From positions 2,170,001 to 2,234,000 of the forward strand of contig NW_027191413.1 in the NCBI RefSeq assembly GCF_041146345.1: a stretch of 64,000 nt of DNA. Reading direction: 5' to 3'. The DNA comes from Neodothiora populina. Lineage: Eukaryota. The first letter of the stretch is position 1; each line of letters starts with the position of its first letter. The position numbers and the translations under genes were made by a program. The notes beneath the pieces were generated by a model. The model searched no databases and was not told where the DNA came from. It saw nothing but the letters and a program-made list of their open reading frames with translations. This document shows, piece by piece, positions 50,362-63,453 of the stretch.

Positions 50362-51498
50362 ATGACTGGCACACGCCAACCTCACGCTCTCGCCTCCGAG
50401 TCGCTGGCCAGATTCATCGCCCAGAGTCTGTCCAGCACGGCATCACCTCAGATCGAGACTCCCTACGATGCAATCGCTCTGGCCTCACACGCCGCCATGT
50501 CGGCGGTGGGCTTCAGGCTGATCGGCCTCGGCGAAGACCACAGGATCGAGGCCCAATCCGACCCGTCTCACCCTTCGCCCTTGCCAGCAGAGTGGAATAC
50601 CTCGAAGCCAAACTACGCCTTCCGCTACGCACACTCGCAGTCTTCGATGGAGTATCTGCTCAAGGTGAATCGAATGGGAAACAAGGCCGTCATCATGGGC
50701 ATGGGCCTGGGAGACGACAGAACCGCCACCTTCGATGTCAGAGTCGTCGATTACATTTCACACTCTTCTCTTCCAGCCACACCCGTCACATCACCCGAAG
50801 ACACGAGCGAGGCCGAGCGAGCCATCATCGACACCTTTATATCCACCGGACGCTTGGCCGACTTTGGTGCCCTTTTCCGTCTGAGCATAATCCAGAAGCT
50901 CGCACCGGGCCTACACAAGCCAGGGTACGAGGACGACGCGACCCCAGCATCGCAGTCGACCTCATCTACCACACGAGAGACGCCAGCCAGACAAGGCAAC
51001 ACGCCACCGCGAGATCCTCTGCGAGACGACTACCAACCTCCTGCTCGACCATATCCGCTACACGATCCTCTCGCGCACCCCCGTCCTTTTCCCGCCGGAG
51101 AGTTTGCGCCTCCCGGTTTTGAAGATCCTTATGATATGACAAGGCCACCTCGACCCATGGGCGGTGGCATGCCTAGCTTTGGCAACATCGGAGAACGCGA
51201 CTTGTACCCTCAGGGTCTTGGTCCACGAGACGGGCTATGGGGTGGCGTGGGCCCGGGTCTCGGCGGCGGTATGGGTGGAGGTGGCATGCACCCGACATTC
51301 GACGATCCCCTGTTTGCTGGTCAAGGCAGAGGGCGAGAACCATATGACCCGCAAGCTCCTCCTGGCAGTCGTTATGATCCTGTCGGACCTGGTGGGGCGC
51401 CGAGGGGCAGCGGTGGACGTGGCAACTTCCCTGGCGGAGGAGCTGGTGGAAGACCTCATAATCCCTTTGGTGGCTTTGGCGGTGGTGACTTCATTTAG
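50362..51498 (+). CDS. PI31/Fub1 proteasome regulator
   Basis: HAAMSAVGFRLIG, FRYAHSQSSMEY, IGERDLYP, GGMHPTFDDPLF, PPGSRYDPVGP, C-terminal GGDFI. Confidence 0.9.
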   Translation: MTGTRQPHALASESLARFIAQSLSSTASPQIETPYDAIALASHAAMSAVGFRLIGLGEDHRIEAQSDPSHPSPLPAEWNTSKPNYAFRYAHSQSSMEYLLKVNRMGNKAVIMGMGLGDDRTATFDVRVVDYISHSSLPATPVTSPEDTSEAERAIIDTFISTGRLADFGALFRLSIIQKLAPGLHKPGYEDDATPASQSTSSTTRETPARQGNTPPRDPLRDDYQPPARPYPLHDPLAHPRPFPAGEFAPPGFEDPYDMTRPPRPMGGGMPSFGNIGERDLYPQGLGPRDGLWGGVGPGLGGGMGGGGMHPTFDDPLFAGQGRGREPYDPQAPPGSRYDPVGPGGAPRGSGGRGNFPGGGAGGRPHNPFGGFGGGDFI

Positions 51499-51773
51499 TG
51501 TTGCGTTGAACGATCCACTCACGACTACTCAAACTGACGACCAAAAGCTAGCTAATAGTAATGAATGCAACTGCATGTTTCATGACAGACTCTGATCTTT
51601 TTCCCCTTCTCGTATCATTTCCCCCTCTGTGCCTTGCGTAGTCATTCGACGACAGTTTGGTCCCTACCAGATGGTAGCTTGGAGCGCCATGGCTCAATCA
51701 TTCGTGTCTTGAATGAACGTATCATCCAAGACTCCACAAACCCGAATACCTACTCCCTCCATCTAGAATCCAT

Positions 51774-52576
51774 CTAAAACGCAAAGGGGTGTTCCTCCTC
51801 ATCCTTCTTCTTCATTTTCTTTTCTTTGATCGCCCTCCACTCCCTATCGAGCATCGCCAACTCGATGCCATCATACCACTCACCCTCGAAAAAGAACGCT
51901 TCTCTGGACCTACCCTCCAGCACGAACCCCAACCGCTGATACAGCGCCACCGCACGAGGATTCCACTCGAACGCCCCTATGCCTGTTTTCATTCAATCAA
52001 TTCACAAAACAACAACCAGCAGACTCAAGAGAAATGAACAGAAGAGGGGGGGAAAGAAACCATACCAATGCGATGCAACCCCGCCCTCAAAAACCCCCAC
52101 TCAAGCACCCACTCGATGGCCTCAGAGCCATATCCCTGGCCCTGCCACTCCGGCAGCATGTTAATGCTGTCCATAGCGCGGCGGTGATGAGCCGCGTGGG
52201 GCGGCGGGCCCGAGAGGTGCAGCTCGCCGATACGCACCAACTCGGTTTCGTCCTGCCCGTCTGTATCGACCGCACCGGTCGCTCGCCCGATACACATGAG
52301 AACACTCAGAAGACATCCCTCGAGAAACTTCTTCAGCTCGGAAACGTCCTTTGTGCCTACGGGCTTCAAGAGGCCTGGGTAGGCGTTCGCGAGGCCCGTG
52401 TAGTTGCTGTTTAGCGCGTGGAAGAAGGCGTCGTCTGCGGAGGCGGGGGAGGTGTGCGGGGACAAGGTCGTGGTCCAGTCTGGCGTTGTGTAGGTCAGAC
52501 GGGCGGATCTGAAAGGGTGTGGCATGGGGGAGGTTTGGTGGGGCAGGGGCTTTTTGGGGGTGCTTGAGGTGGACAT
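51774..52576 (-). CDS. GNAT (RimJ/RimL-like) N-acetyltransferase; intron 52065-51983
   Basis: PFRSARL, PEWQGQGYGSEAIEW, AGLHRI|GIGAFEWNPRAVALYQRLGFVLEGR. Confidence 0.88.
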
Positions 52577-53680
52577 GGTTGGTTCGTTGGCACTGTTGGC
52601 AATGTTGTTGTTGGTTCATTGGCAAAGGAAGGGAATTGTTCTGGATGTGTTGTGTTCGTTGTTCATATACTGATGTATATATGCATCGAGATATGCCAAA
52701 CACGCAGAACCCCCAAACTAGTCAGATCAGGCAAAGTAGTTGCCTAATGATCCTTCTCTACACTGCAGTCCCACACACATGCAATCATGCTTGAGACACA
52801 GAAAAAATCAAGACCAGTAGCCAATTGCACGCAATTTGCGACCGTACCTCAGCCATATCTTCAGCCAGTAGTAGTGACTTCCATGCAACACAATACAAAT
52901 GCAGATGGGGATGGGCAACAGTCTTATGAGTCAGAGAGGATGGAGACAGAGCTCTAACTGGAAGCGGCAGAAATATTCATCTCATGATGACTAGGTAAGG
53001 TAGGTACCTATTCTGCCTTGCCTTGACATTTCAGGCATTCAAAAAGCATGCAAAGTCAACGCAAGGTAAGGTAGGTAAGGTAGTATCACGTCGGAATCCT
53101 GCACGATAAAACCCCCACTCCGTCAACCCACTTCGGCACTTGGTTCTCATCAAGTGGACTGGAAGCCAGACACTCCTCGCCAGATCGGATGGAATGATTG
53201 ATTGAATGAATGAATGAATGACCGAATAAATGCATACAGTTGCGTGCCTACAAATAGCCATTCTGGTACGCTAAACTAAGATAGGAAGGAGGACAACAAT
53301 CTCAACTTTTTCCATTTGTTGGGGTTGGACTGGACTGGACTGGACTGGACTACTCTTCCTGTGTACTCCTTTCCCCAAGTTTTCCCCTGATTAATGGAAT
53401 AATTACATGTTAGATCAACAAGACTCGATATCGATCTGGTGAGATAGTACATACAGTACTTACAGGCTCTGACACTGTACTGGTAGATATATGTTCAAGG
53501 GCTATATATTGCTACTCGAGAATAGACTGTGTATTCATAATGTTCATGTCGCTTAAACACCATTACTGCAACATAACAAGAAAAACTTCCCAACCACTAC
53601 GCAAAACGCCGCCCATCCAACCACCCGACCCCTCATGACATCCTCAAATTCGTCATCGGACCATTCACGTATCCCGAAAC

Positions 53681-55844
53681 TCAATTGTCCCGATCGTACT
53701 CACTCTGTTGCTCAATCATCTTGGCCAAGTGATCCACTTGGGCCTTCAATTGGCCGAGTATTGCCTTCAGGTCTTCTTGTGACTCCTTGGTTGGCTTGTC
53801 GTTCTTGCGGGGTTTGCGCGGAGACTGCGTCTTTGACGACGACGAGCCTTGGCTTCGAATAGCGGCGACCAGCGGATACGGTCCAGAGAGCCTGTTGTTC
53901 AACACGGACCTTCTCCATGACGAGGGCAGCTCGCTGGTCCTGGGTCTGGGAGCGCTCAGACCGAGCCCTGTGTCACGATTGTGGTCGACTGAACGGCGGA
54001 GCTTCTCGTAGAGGCTTATGGCGAGAACATGAGGAACGTGAGTTGCTTTGAGGAGTAGGATGCGAGTTGAGCGTAGTTGTTCGGCAGAAAGGAACAGCCT
54101 GAGTGGTCTCAGAGCTAGAGGTATAAGGTTAAGTGGGGGCAAGAAATAAGTCAGTCGGTTCGAGGTCGAGGCTTCCAGCACGAACACCGAGTAGACGAAA
54201 AGGTACTCGTCGCGAGCATGATCGATGACCTTTGTCAAGCTGTTCGAAAGAATAGAAATCAGAGAGGTGATGAGCAAAATGTTCGTCAGAACAATGAAGA
54301 TCAACATCAGCGGAAGTCCCAGATAAGGCGATATCTTCTCGGCAATATCAAATCCGAGATAGGAAGAGCCGAAGAAGACTTTTGTCAAGATCAGCGTCAT
54401 TTGTCTGAAAGTGAAAGATCCTCTGGCCAGAAGACAAAATGTAGTCAAAAATCCAGTGTAGAGCACTACAACGATACTCAAAAACTTGGTGAACTCGATC
54501 GTCATCGCACTCAGGCATGGTATGAGTGTACCAAAGTACGGATGGATGCTGAGTAGTGAGCAGATCCGCGGTACTAGGAACAAAGCTTCCATGGAAAGAA
54601 TGTCGAATGCTGTGTCGAGGATCCTGTCATTACCCTTGGCGAGACCAATCATGCCTGCAACAGTCAATCAGGGACATTTTGGTGCGGCAACGAAACAAAC
54701 TTACGAGCAATGAAGAAAGCAACCCCGATGAGCACGATGAAGATGTCCCATGCACTCCAGAAGTCACTCATGTAAAAAGCACTTCCTGCATCCCAGTATT
54801 CGCCAATCTCTGCTGTCTGTCAACGAGAGCTCTGAACAACAAACATAACGGTAAGCTTACCATTATACGCAAAAGACGCTATCCAGATATACAAGAAGAT
54901 CTCGCTCACAGTAACATAGTGAAACTCGCGCTGGACCAACACAGCATAGTAGAATGCCAGAAAAGCCACGAAAAATAAGACTTCGAAAGCCTTCAAGTAG
55001 ACAGGCACCCTCAGACGGGAGAAAGGGTCAATCGTCTTCCTTTGGTACACTTGAGCGCGTTTGGTTGCATGAGAACTTAAAATAGACCAGAACACGATAT
55101 CGCCCTTCCAGATAGCATCGATGATCCGCTGGATCGGTTTCTGGCTGAGAAAGCTTTTCGCTCCAGAAACAGCTGCAATCTCGAGAGCATTGAGTCCCTC
55201 GAAATGCTCGGCGTGGTCAGAAGAGCTAGCTGGCAGATTTTCCTCACTTCCAGTGCTAGAAACCGCTCCGATAGTACTGGTCCCACTCTGCCGGGTCACC
55301 AATGGCGACCTTTCGGTAGGTGTACGAGGTAAATTTGATTCAGAGTCATTGCTGGCAACTACTTCCTGTGGGACATCACCAGGGCAAGGTAGTTCATAAA
55401 GCAGCATGTCAATCTTCTCTCGCCCAGACAGCATATTGACAAATCTCAATGCCGTAGCTTCGCAGGCATATGCGCGCGTAATGTTGACATCTTGTACATC
55501 ATCTGTCTCGAGAGAGATAAAATGTCCTCTCAAGGCCCTGGCCAATACTCAGCAATCATATATTGTAATGCCTCGTTTGCAAGGAGACTCGTACATGATG
55601 GCATGAACAAGAGCAACATGATGGACATCAGTGTGCAAGTATTTGACCAATGGTGTAAGCAGTGGCCCATGTCTCAATTCTTCAAAGGTGCATGGTTTAG
55701 TAACGGTTTTGTTGAAAGCTCTAGAGGAGGCATTATGATTAGCTATAGTGTAACCACTACTCAATCCCAAGCAATGACGAACTGTGCGAGCTCAGCTATA
55801 AGCTCATCGAATGACTCGATGCCTTCAATCACCGGCAAAGCCAT
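53681..55844 (-). CDS. TRP-like non-selective cation channel (Yvc1-related), multi-exon
   Basis: LPVIE, CTFEEL, RAYACEATA, LNALEIAAV, WKGDIVFW, RLRVPVYLK, LVPRICSLLS, HPYFGTLIP, TNILLITSLISILS, PPLNLI; 3' end approximate. Confidence 0.85.
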
Positions 55845-56496
55845 GGTTGCGATCGTGTACGACACTAGGGTCGCGCTCGAAAATTTCGGCAGAGTAACAA
55901 CATGGTAATTATCATTTACACAAGTTCCAAGAAACATCAATTAGATTGATCGACGCCAAGCTCTGTCCGTCCGAAACGCCACTTGCGCATCGCGTGGCTT
56001 TGCTTCTGCGAATTCCATGCGGGTTATCGGCTGGTTGGAAGATTGCCGACAAATCTGAAACACCGCTATCACTTCATCTGCTATCCTCAAGCATGAAAGC
56101 GAAATAAACGGAGGCGTACATGTGATGGCTTGATCTGAGGCTGCATCATTTGGTTGTATTGCAAAGTAGAAATTGTTGGCACGTAACCGTGATAGGCAGG
56201 GTCGGTCGATCATACAGTGCTTTGCATAATATAAAGAGCAAATAGTCGTGAACGGTAAAAGATCAGCCAATCATGCTTTGCCAGAACTAAGATCGTGGAT
56301 GGCAGTATGAGGATAATGTTTCTAAATAATTTCATAATGCTACTGAACAGCCAAGCAGGCATGCTCTACTGGAGATGCGCCGCCGTAGAAAATAAAGGGT
56401 CTCGTTGAAGTAAATATGTACATTAGTATTTGTTTGGTGACGAGAGGAGAACAATTTGCGACGCGATCGACATCACTTGGTAATGGTATGCTGTGT

Positions 56497-58145
56497 TTAC
56501 AGAGCAAGCATACCGGCACCCAGAAGTACAGCAAGAGCTCCAGAGGCTCTGATTCCGACCAATGCATTAGCGGCTCCTGTGCTGGTAGCAGTCGCTGCAG
56601 ATGAAGCCCCACTGGATCCTGTCGAAGTGGGAGTGTCAGACTGGGTTCTGCTAGCGCTGCTAGCACTGCTAGCACTCGAGCTAGGTGATGCTGAGGCCTT
56701 CGATCCGGTATCTTCGCCTGAAGGAGTGTTGCTACCGTTACTTGCCCTGATGACCAGGTCGTTGATCAAAGCACCGTTGGTTGCATAGATTGGTAGGTCC
56801 ACCTGAGTTCGAGTGACTGGAACAATAGAGCCTGTCGGAGCGTTGGAGATGCCAGACGAGATGACATCCTCAGCGCCGTCCGGTGGGGAGGGAATGTCGA
56901 AATCTGACGAGAAACCATCATCAGAGATGAGGCTCGAAGCGCAAGTAGGAGGAGCAATACCGGTCGCGGTAGCGTTAGAGTTTTCGAGGAGAGTGACATT
57001 GACCTTGTTGTACTGTCCCTGTAGCGCAGCAAAATCTCCAAGCAGCTGAAGAGATCCGTTGGAATAGATGGTGACAAGTCCGTAATTTGAAGGTTCTTGC
57101 GACCACTCGTAGATTAAGCCACCGGACATGACTGTCATCTCGGGCGAATAGAGGGCCTGCACCTCATCAAAAACACGCGGCGTGACCTCGTTGCAGCCGT
57201 ATTCAGAGAAGAAGACAGGTACGGATGTGTTGGCGAACATAGTAGCGAGAACATCGTAGCCTGCGCTTGAGAAAGTCGCGTCTCCACCACACCAAGAGTA
57301 AGAGTTGAGACCGAAGAAGTCAGAGCGAGACATGTCGCTTTCATCACCATCGATGGCACACTGCATATATTCCCAAGTGTCCTGAAGGACCTCACGCACA
57401 TCCGCAGCGCTGTAGCCGACGGGGATCTGTCTCGGTGAGTTGTTCTTGAGGTAGTTCTTGATGTCCCTCACAACCGCTCTCATGACATTCGGGTTGCCAT
57501 TTTGCGCAGTTGGAATATCGTTGATAACCTCGTTTCCTGCAAAGAAAGCCAGAGTGTTGGGGTACGACTTGAATGATTCGACAACAGAGAAGATGTGCTC
57601 GAGGTAAGAGGTCGAGTATGTGCCGTAAGGATTGCTTCGATCAATTGACTCGCCTGTGGTTGTGTGATTAGTATGAAGTCAATGCATCATCGGAGATACA
57701 TCTACTCGTACCGGAAAGAGGGCTATTGACATCCAGAATCATGTAAATACCCACAGAGTCGAAGATGCTGGCGCATTCATCATGGTTCAAGGTAGGATCA
57801 ACGTTGTAGGTGCGAATGGTGTTCACACCCAGTTCTTGCATGAGCGCAGCATCACGGAGACAGGCCGTTGCATTGCTCAAGGGATCCTGCGAGTTCGCCT
57901 CGCCGTAAGCGCCCTGTCCGCCGGGCTGGTAATCGACCCCAATGATGACGAAACGATCATTGGTGACCGAGTCGACGAAGTCCTGTCCACGGACTTCAAT
58001 GGTGTTTACAGCATAGACTGTAGAAATTGCGGAAAGTAGACAGGCAGTGGTAGCAATCTGGGGAAAGCATGTGTCAGTGCATGCGCTTCGGTTGTCATAT
58101 CGCGCAGATCAATCAGCCGGACGTTGAACTTACAGACACGCGCAT
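56497..58145 (-). CDS. GH72 1,3-beta-glucanosyltransferase (Gel/Gas), GPI-anchored, no CBM43
   Basis: 12-nt first exon MRVS; GVDYQPGG, CLRDAALMQELGVNTIRTYN, FFAGNEVIND, IPVGYSAAD, FGLNSYSWCG, FFSEYGCN; S/T-rich region and hydrophobic tail. Confidence 0.93.
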
Positions 58146-58900
58146 CTTGCCGACAGTTCATAAAGATGATAACGATCCTGAGAGTGTATGGGTTCAGGTG
58201 TTTCTAGATTGTGGTCCAGACAGAACAGACTAGCGAGAGGACAAGGAGCACCGGAAAGGGCAGGCGCAGCTCGAGAAAACAATCGATGAGAAAGTAGTAA
58301 GAGGAATGGACACAGGAGCATCAACTCTAGACTGACCGCGGTGCTGGGAATCAACATTATTAAATACCTTGCACATACCCAAAGGTCCCACACAGTGGGC
58401 ACTCCACCAATTCAGGTTGTTGGAACTACGCTACCGTATCGTGAAATGCTGGGCGCCAACTTTCGCCGCAGAGATACGGCATCCTCGGCATCCCATCTCC
58501 ATACAATACCGCAGTTAGCATGGTTTCACGTCCGTCATTCGTCTTGACCTCGCATGTAAATTGTTCCAGGTCATCCTGGGCGTTTGCTTGTATCTGTGAC
58601 ACGACCTCTGCCGGGACTTGTACACATCAACATCTTCTTGTGCGATCAGTATCAGGAATGGCGCCGTACATTTTACATTCAAAAGCTGGAGAGTTACAGA
58701 ATCCGACTTGGCCCTTGCTTTGCTCTGAGAGAACCCAAAGTTTGGTGGATGATGGACGCCGAGGGGGCGCTAGTTGCGGACAAGTACGGTTCTTTGATTA
58801 TCACTCATGAAATCACTCATAAAATAATGGAACCATGCATACAGCCGCCGAGGAGCCACCTTTTCGAGGCTATCTATTTGTAAATAAGGTATATTTAACT

Positions 58901-60198
58901 TTAAATCTTGAGCAGTAACTTTCCCGTAGTCTTCCTACCTTCGAGGTCCTACACAAAAGGTCAGTTGCAAGTCGTTTCGCTTTCCACTCTATTCCACTTA
59001 CCTCGTGTGCTGTGGCGACATCTTTCAGATCGTAGATCTTGTGGACTCGCGCATCCAGCTTATCCTTGATGAGGAATGAGAAGAGTTCCTGAGTGTAAGT
59101 CTCAAACTCCTCGCGTGTCGAAATGTAGTTGAACAGAGTAGGTCGCAGAAGCTTGGCATTCTTGGCGGAGAGGCGTCTGTATAGCTGTCAGCCGTTGTAT
59201 CTTGCGGGTGTAGTTGTGGTATAAGTATAACAGATGCCTTGGCGACATCTGATACTTGGGACTTACGCAATCGTGAGTGGCGGCACAGCTCCAGAAGCGT
59301 TGCCAAAACTGGCCATTGTTCCCTTCCTTGCAAGACAATCCAGACTCAAATCGAATGTGTCTTTGCCAACGCCGTCGAAAACAGCCTTGACACCTTCACC
59401 ACCGGTCACTTCCATGACTTTGCTCTTGACGTCTTCGTGGCTGTAGTTGATGACGACTGTTGCACCGTTCTTCTTGGCCAGATCACACTTCTCTTGCGTG
59501 CTAGCAGTGCCAATCGTCTTTGCTCCCACGGCGGCCAGCAGCTGGCAGAGCCACAGGCCGACGCCTCCCGCAGCAGCGTGTACAAGGATCCAGTCGCCCT
59601 TCTCTACGTGGTAGGCCTCACGAATAAGCGTCAACGCAGTCAGACCCTGGAGCAATGAGGCGGATGCGATGGTAGGCTCGATCTCGGATGGGATCTTGAT
59701 CGCCTTTGCAGCCGGCGCAGCGGTATATTCGCCGTAGGTTGCCTCGCTGAGGTATACAACGCGGTCGCCAACCTTGAGGTCCTGAGCAATGTTGGGTCCA
59801 GTCGCGACGATGATGCCCTCTGCTTCACGACCGAGCATGTAAGGCATCTTTGCGGGATATAGACCCGTGCGGAAGTATCTACACGAGGAGATCAGAAATA
59901 TTGTTCGCGTTCTCAAGGACGAAGCAACTCACGTATCAATGTAGTTAATACCGACGTAGTCGTTCTTGACCAGAATCTTGCCTTCTTCAGGCTGAGGCAC
60001 TGTCAGGTCTTCCTTGTATTGCAGCACCTCAGTTCCTCCGTTCTTTTCGATGATGACACCCTTCATCGTCTTAGGAATGGACTGCGATGCCATTGTGCGG
60101 ATCTGAAAACTTGGTCGAAGATGTGCGGAGATAGTCGAGACCCTGGAGGCTGAGCTCAGCGTACGTGTTGTAAGAAAGGCAAGACGTTGATAAGACAT
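58901..60198 (-). CDS. zeta-crystallin/NADPH quinone oxidoreductase (Zta1-like), 4 exons; second ATG at 60093
   Basis: GINYIDT|YFRTGLYP, LGREAEG, LLQGLTA, VHAAAGGVG, VFDGVGKDTF, FGNASG, EGRKTTGKLLL. Confidence 0.9.
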
Positions 60199-60474
60199 AC
60201 AATTCGACAATGAAGGCTCTTTCAACTGGGAAGAAGGATTTGATAGCTAGCAATTGGAACGTTGGAGGGGTGTTTTGTAAGCTGTCTGCTGGAGGATCAT
60301 CATCGTGGAGCACCCCGCATCGGTCATTGCATCAGTTATTGCGTGAGCGGAATCACCGCCGCGACCGAATGCCAGAGCACAAGTACCGTAGGTCTAGGCT
60401 AAAAGAGCCTTGAAGAAACATGAAACCCAGCGACAGAATGACACACTGCGGCTTTCGCTTAACGCCTTCTCCTC

Positions 60475-60490
60475 CTTATCTTATCTTATC
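60475..60490. promoter_or_regulatory. three tandem GATA sites (GATAAGATAAGATAAG on minus) in a divergent promoter
   Basis: CTTATCTTATCTTATC between the quinone reductase and GATase starts. Confidence 0.4.
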
Positions 60491-60739
60491 TGGAGCATAA
60501 CGTCGAATTAAGGTAGCATTTTACGTGATCTCCTGGCAATTAGGACTGTTTTTCCTACTGCGTTAGTTCTGAGTTTCGGTGAAGTATGTCTCGGCATGGG
60601 AGCGGTATCGCAATGGTCTAATGGCCATATATATTTCCGAGCACTTCTGTTGTTTGCGAATCGTCGTATCGTGGTCCCCCCCTGCCTCCTTTCGCAGACT
60701 ATTCAAAGCACTCGCTGGATTTCCCAAAACAAAGTCGAA

Positions 60740-61597
60740 ATGACTGCAAGTCCATCCTTGAACATTGCTGTACTCAATGCCGACATCCCTGTACCGGCTG
60801 TTCGTAGCGTCAGAGGCGAATATAGCGATGTATTTGCAGACTTGCTGCACAGTGCATGCAAACGATTAGGATCCAGTGCCGGCGGAACGTTGTCGTTCAA
60901 GGGTTATGATGTGATCAACGGAGAATATCCTCCCAACCTGTCCGAGTGTGATGGAATACTCATCACTGGATCTCACGCATCCGCATATTACCAAGAGCCA
61001 TGGATCTTGGAGTTGAACACTTTTATCCAAGATGTATACCGCGACCACCCCAAGATACGCTTTTTCGGTTCTTGTTTTGGTCACCAGATCATTTGCCAAG
61101 CACTTCTGTCTCAACACGGTGGTTGTGTCACGAAAGACCCAGAGGGCTGGGAGATAGGTGTCCATGCAGTCACCCTCACGCCCGCCTTTTGTTCCACCCT
61201 CAAACAGAGTCTGCTTCATCGACTGCCAGTCTGTCCGACCCAGCTCCGCATGCAGTTCATACATGCAGACCATGTAGTACTTCCTCCCACAGGGAGATTG
61301 CCTCATGGGTGGATTGTTGTTGGCTCATCAGACCACTGTGCTGTGCAGGGTGTCATGCAACCAGGCCGAGTACTCACCTATCAAGGACACTTCGAATTCG
61401 ACCGCTTCATCAACGGAGAAACGTTCAAGGTCTTCACTGCAGAATGGGATCCGGCAGTCAAGGAGCCATACGAGAGATATATTGATGCTGATGACGATGC
61501 TGACTTGGCCGCTGAAATCGCAGCAATGTTTTTGCTTAATGGGCTGGAGGTCTCGCACGCCCACACCGGACTGCTGACACCCGTGGAGGAGAGCTGA
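60740..61597 (+). CDS. class I glutamine amidotransferase-like protein (YLR126C/GuaA-like); upstream in-frame ATG at 60596
   Basis: ILITGS, GSCFGHQII (nucleophile Cys), GWEIG, HADHV, QGHFEF (His-x-Glu). Confidence 0.9.
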   Translation: MTASPSLNIAVLNADIPVPAVRSVRGEYSDVFADLLHSACKRLGSSAGGTLSFKGYDVINGEYPPNLSECDGILITGSHASAYYQEPWILELNTFIQDVYRDHPKIRFFGSCFGHQIICQALLSQHGGCVTKDPEGWEIGVHAVTLTPAFCSTLKQSLLHRLPVCPTQLRMQFIHADHVVLPPTGRLPHGWIVVGSSDHCAVQGVMQPGRVLTYQGHFEFDRFINGETFKVFTAEWDPAVKEPYERYIDADDDADLAAEIAAMFLLNGLEVSHAHTGLLTPVEES

Positions 61598-61977
61598 ATT
61601 GAGCTCTTGTCGGATTGTAAAGTGATAGATGTGAAAGTTGACGAGACAGCCAGTCTCAGCCACAAGAATCACATGTGATTTTCACAGCGAAGGTTGAAAG
61701 CTGCGGTTTCTACCTCTTAGAGCTTTCATATCCTCACAGAACGCCATCTCTCCAACACACGTACTATATGCACGTTCCCCGCATCAGCTTCTGGAATCTT
61801 ACGTCGCCTGAGTGTACTTGCTCCAATAGCGTTATCGTACGGCTCAGCTCTGTTGTGTCCTTCCAGCAAGGACTCTCAAGGGTCCAGTGCGGATATCGTC
61901 ATACTCTTTCTTGTCAGATACAAGAACAGTGGTCCTCTGATATATAGCATCTGGCCATTCTATCAAAGGTCCTGAAG

Positions 61978-63420
61978 ATGTCGTCCTGGCGTGGAGCCAA
62001 TCGAGGATGGTCGCATCGTGGCTTCGCTTCAAAGTCAGGTATTGGTACCTCTTCATGGCGTATACCTGCCGCAACTATGGAACGTTCAGCTGAGACGAGA
62101 GACCTTCCGCTCGGCTTGCTCGTGCGTTCTGTCACACGCGACGCTCTTGACGAAAACAACTATTCGGAAGATAGCGTAGCAAAGATCTCTGATTGCGATT
62201 ATATTGCATCTTACAATTGGACCACCGACAAACACCCAACTATTATAGTTCCTGGTAAGATAATCATCATCGTTAATGTTTTGAACATTGTGACCAAACT
62301 TCTGAGCAGGCGAGCCTCCTTGCTGGTCACCACCTGACAAGCAAGGTCGGTTGGATGAAGACAGTGGGATATACTATCGGGATTCCAACGCCGCGAAGTA
62401 TTCCGATAACCCAACTGAGCCGGGCGTGCGCGCGCTTTTGCAGGAGGACATGAAGCTCGAGACTAATGAAATCGACGTGTTCGCTTGCGGAAGCATTCTT
62501 CGCAGCTTGCTTCAATTCGTAAGCCCAGACACCAGGGCTAAACCTTTCGGATTTCTGGTTGAGCTTGTTGGCAACACTGTTTTCTTCATGCGTCGAGAGA
62601 AGAGTCCCACACAGATCATTGAAGACGTCCGCGGGTTTGGACACTCCTTTCCAGCTAGATATTGTGCCTGGGACGCGGGAGTTGCAGGATCTGATTCGCA
62701 TCAGCGGCTCATTCGCTACAACCTTGGTGGACTGGCATGCATCGTCAGATCACAAACAGATGGCTATCCTCCCGACCTTGCAGAACTGAAGCTTAAACAC
62801 GCTCCAGAAGCTGACGACCAGGCGCGCTTCATCACGCCAGCCCCCGCTCAAACAAAACTATCGCTCGAACGCACTGGCCGTCGTATACCTCAGGACAGCA
62901 TCTTCGATCTCAAGACCCGCTCCATAAAGTGTCGTGAGATGATCAACACTCTAGAGGAAGAACTGCCTCGTCTCTGGCTGACTCAAACCCCAAACTTCGT
63001 TTTAGCCTACCACAAACAAGGACTTTTCGCGCACGACGATATAGAGATCATAGACGTGCGTGAGAAAGTCAAGGACTGGGAAGAGGAGAATGTCAAGACG
63101 ATTGCCCGGCTGATGAAGTTGATGAAAATCATTATTGCAGCTGTTAAAGCTAGAAAAGACGGGAGGTTGGAGGTCGTCTGCACCATGGCCGACAGGTCTC
63201 TGGAACTACGTGAGCAGACGGACGATCTACCTGCTGCTCTACCCCCCGTCTTGATGGCGCTCTGGTCAGCTGGTGGTGGTGGTGGTATTACTGCTGCTGG
63301 TGCTGGCGCTACTGCTACGAACGATGTGCGCCATGCTGGGAAGGAGGAAGGAGAGGACGACGATGATAAGACGTGGAGCGGAGGCTCGGACGAAGACGCA
63401 TTGTGTTTGTCCGATGAAGA

Positions 63421-63453
<33 letters not shown>

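Noticed and set aside
52990..53352. GGTAAGGTAGGTA duplication, (GAAT)n and (GGACT)n runs
   Set aside because: Simple intergenic microsatellites with no higher-order structure.
55700..55790. Apparent in-frame stop early in the Yvc1-like gene (pseudogene?)
   Set aside because: The stop lies in a GTTCGT...TAG intron; splicing restores the frame (LAQ|AFNKTV).
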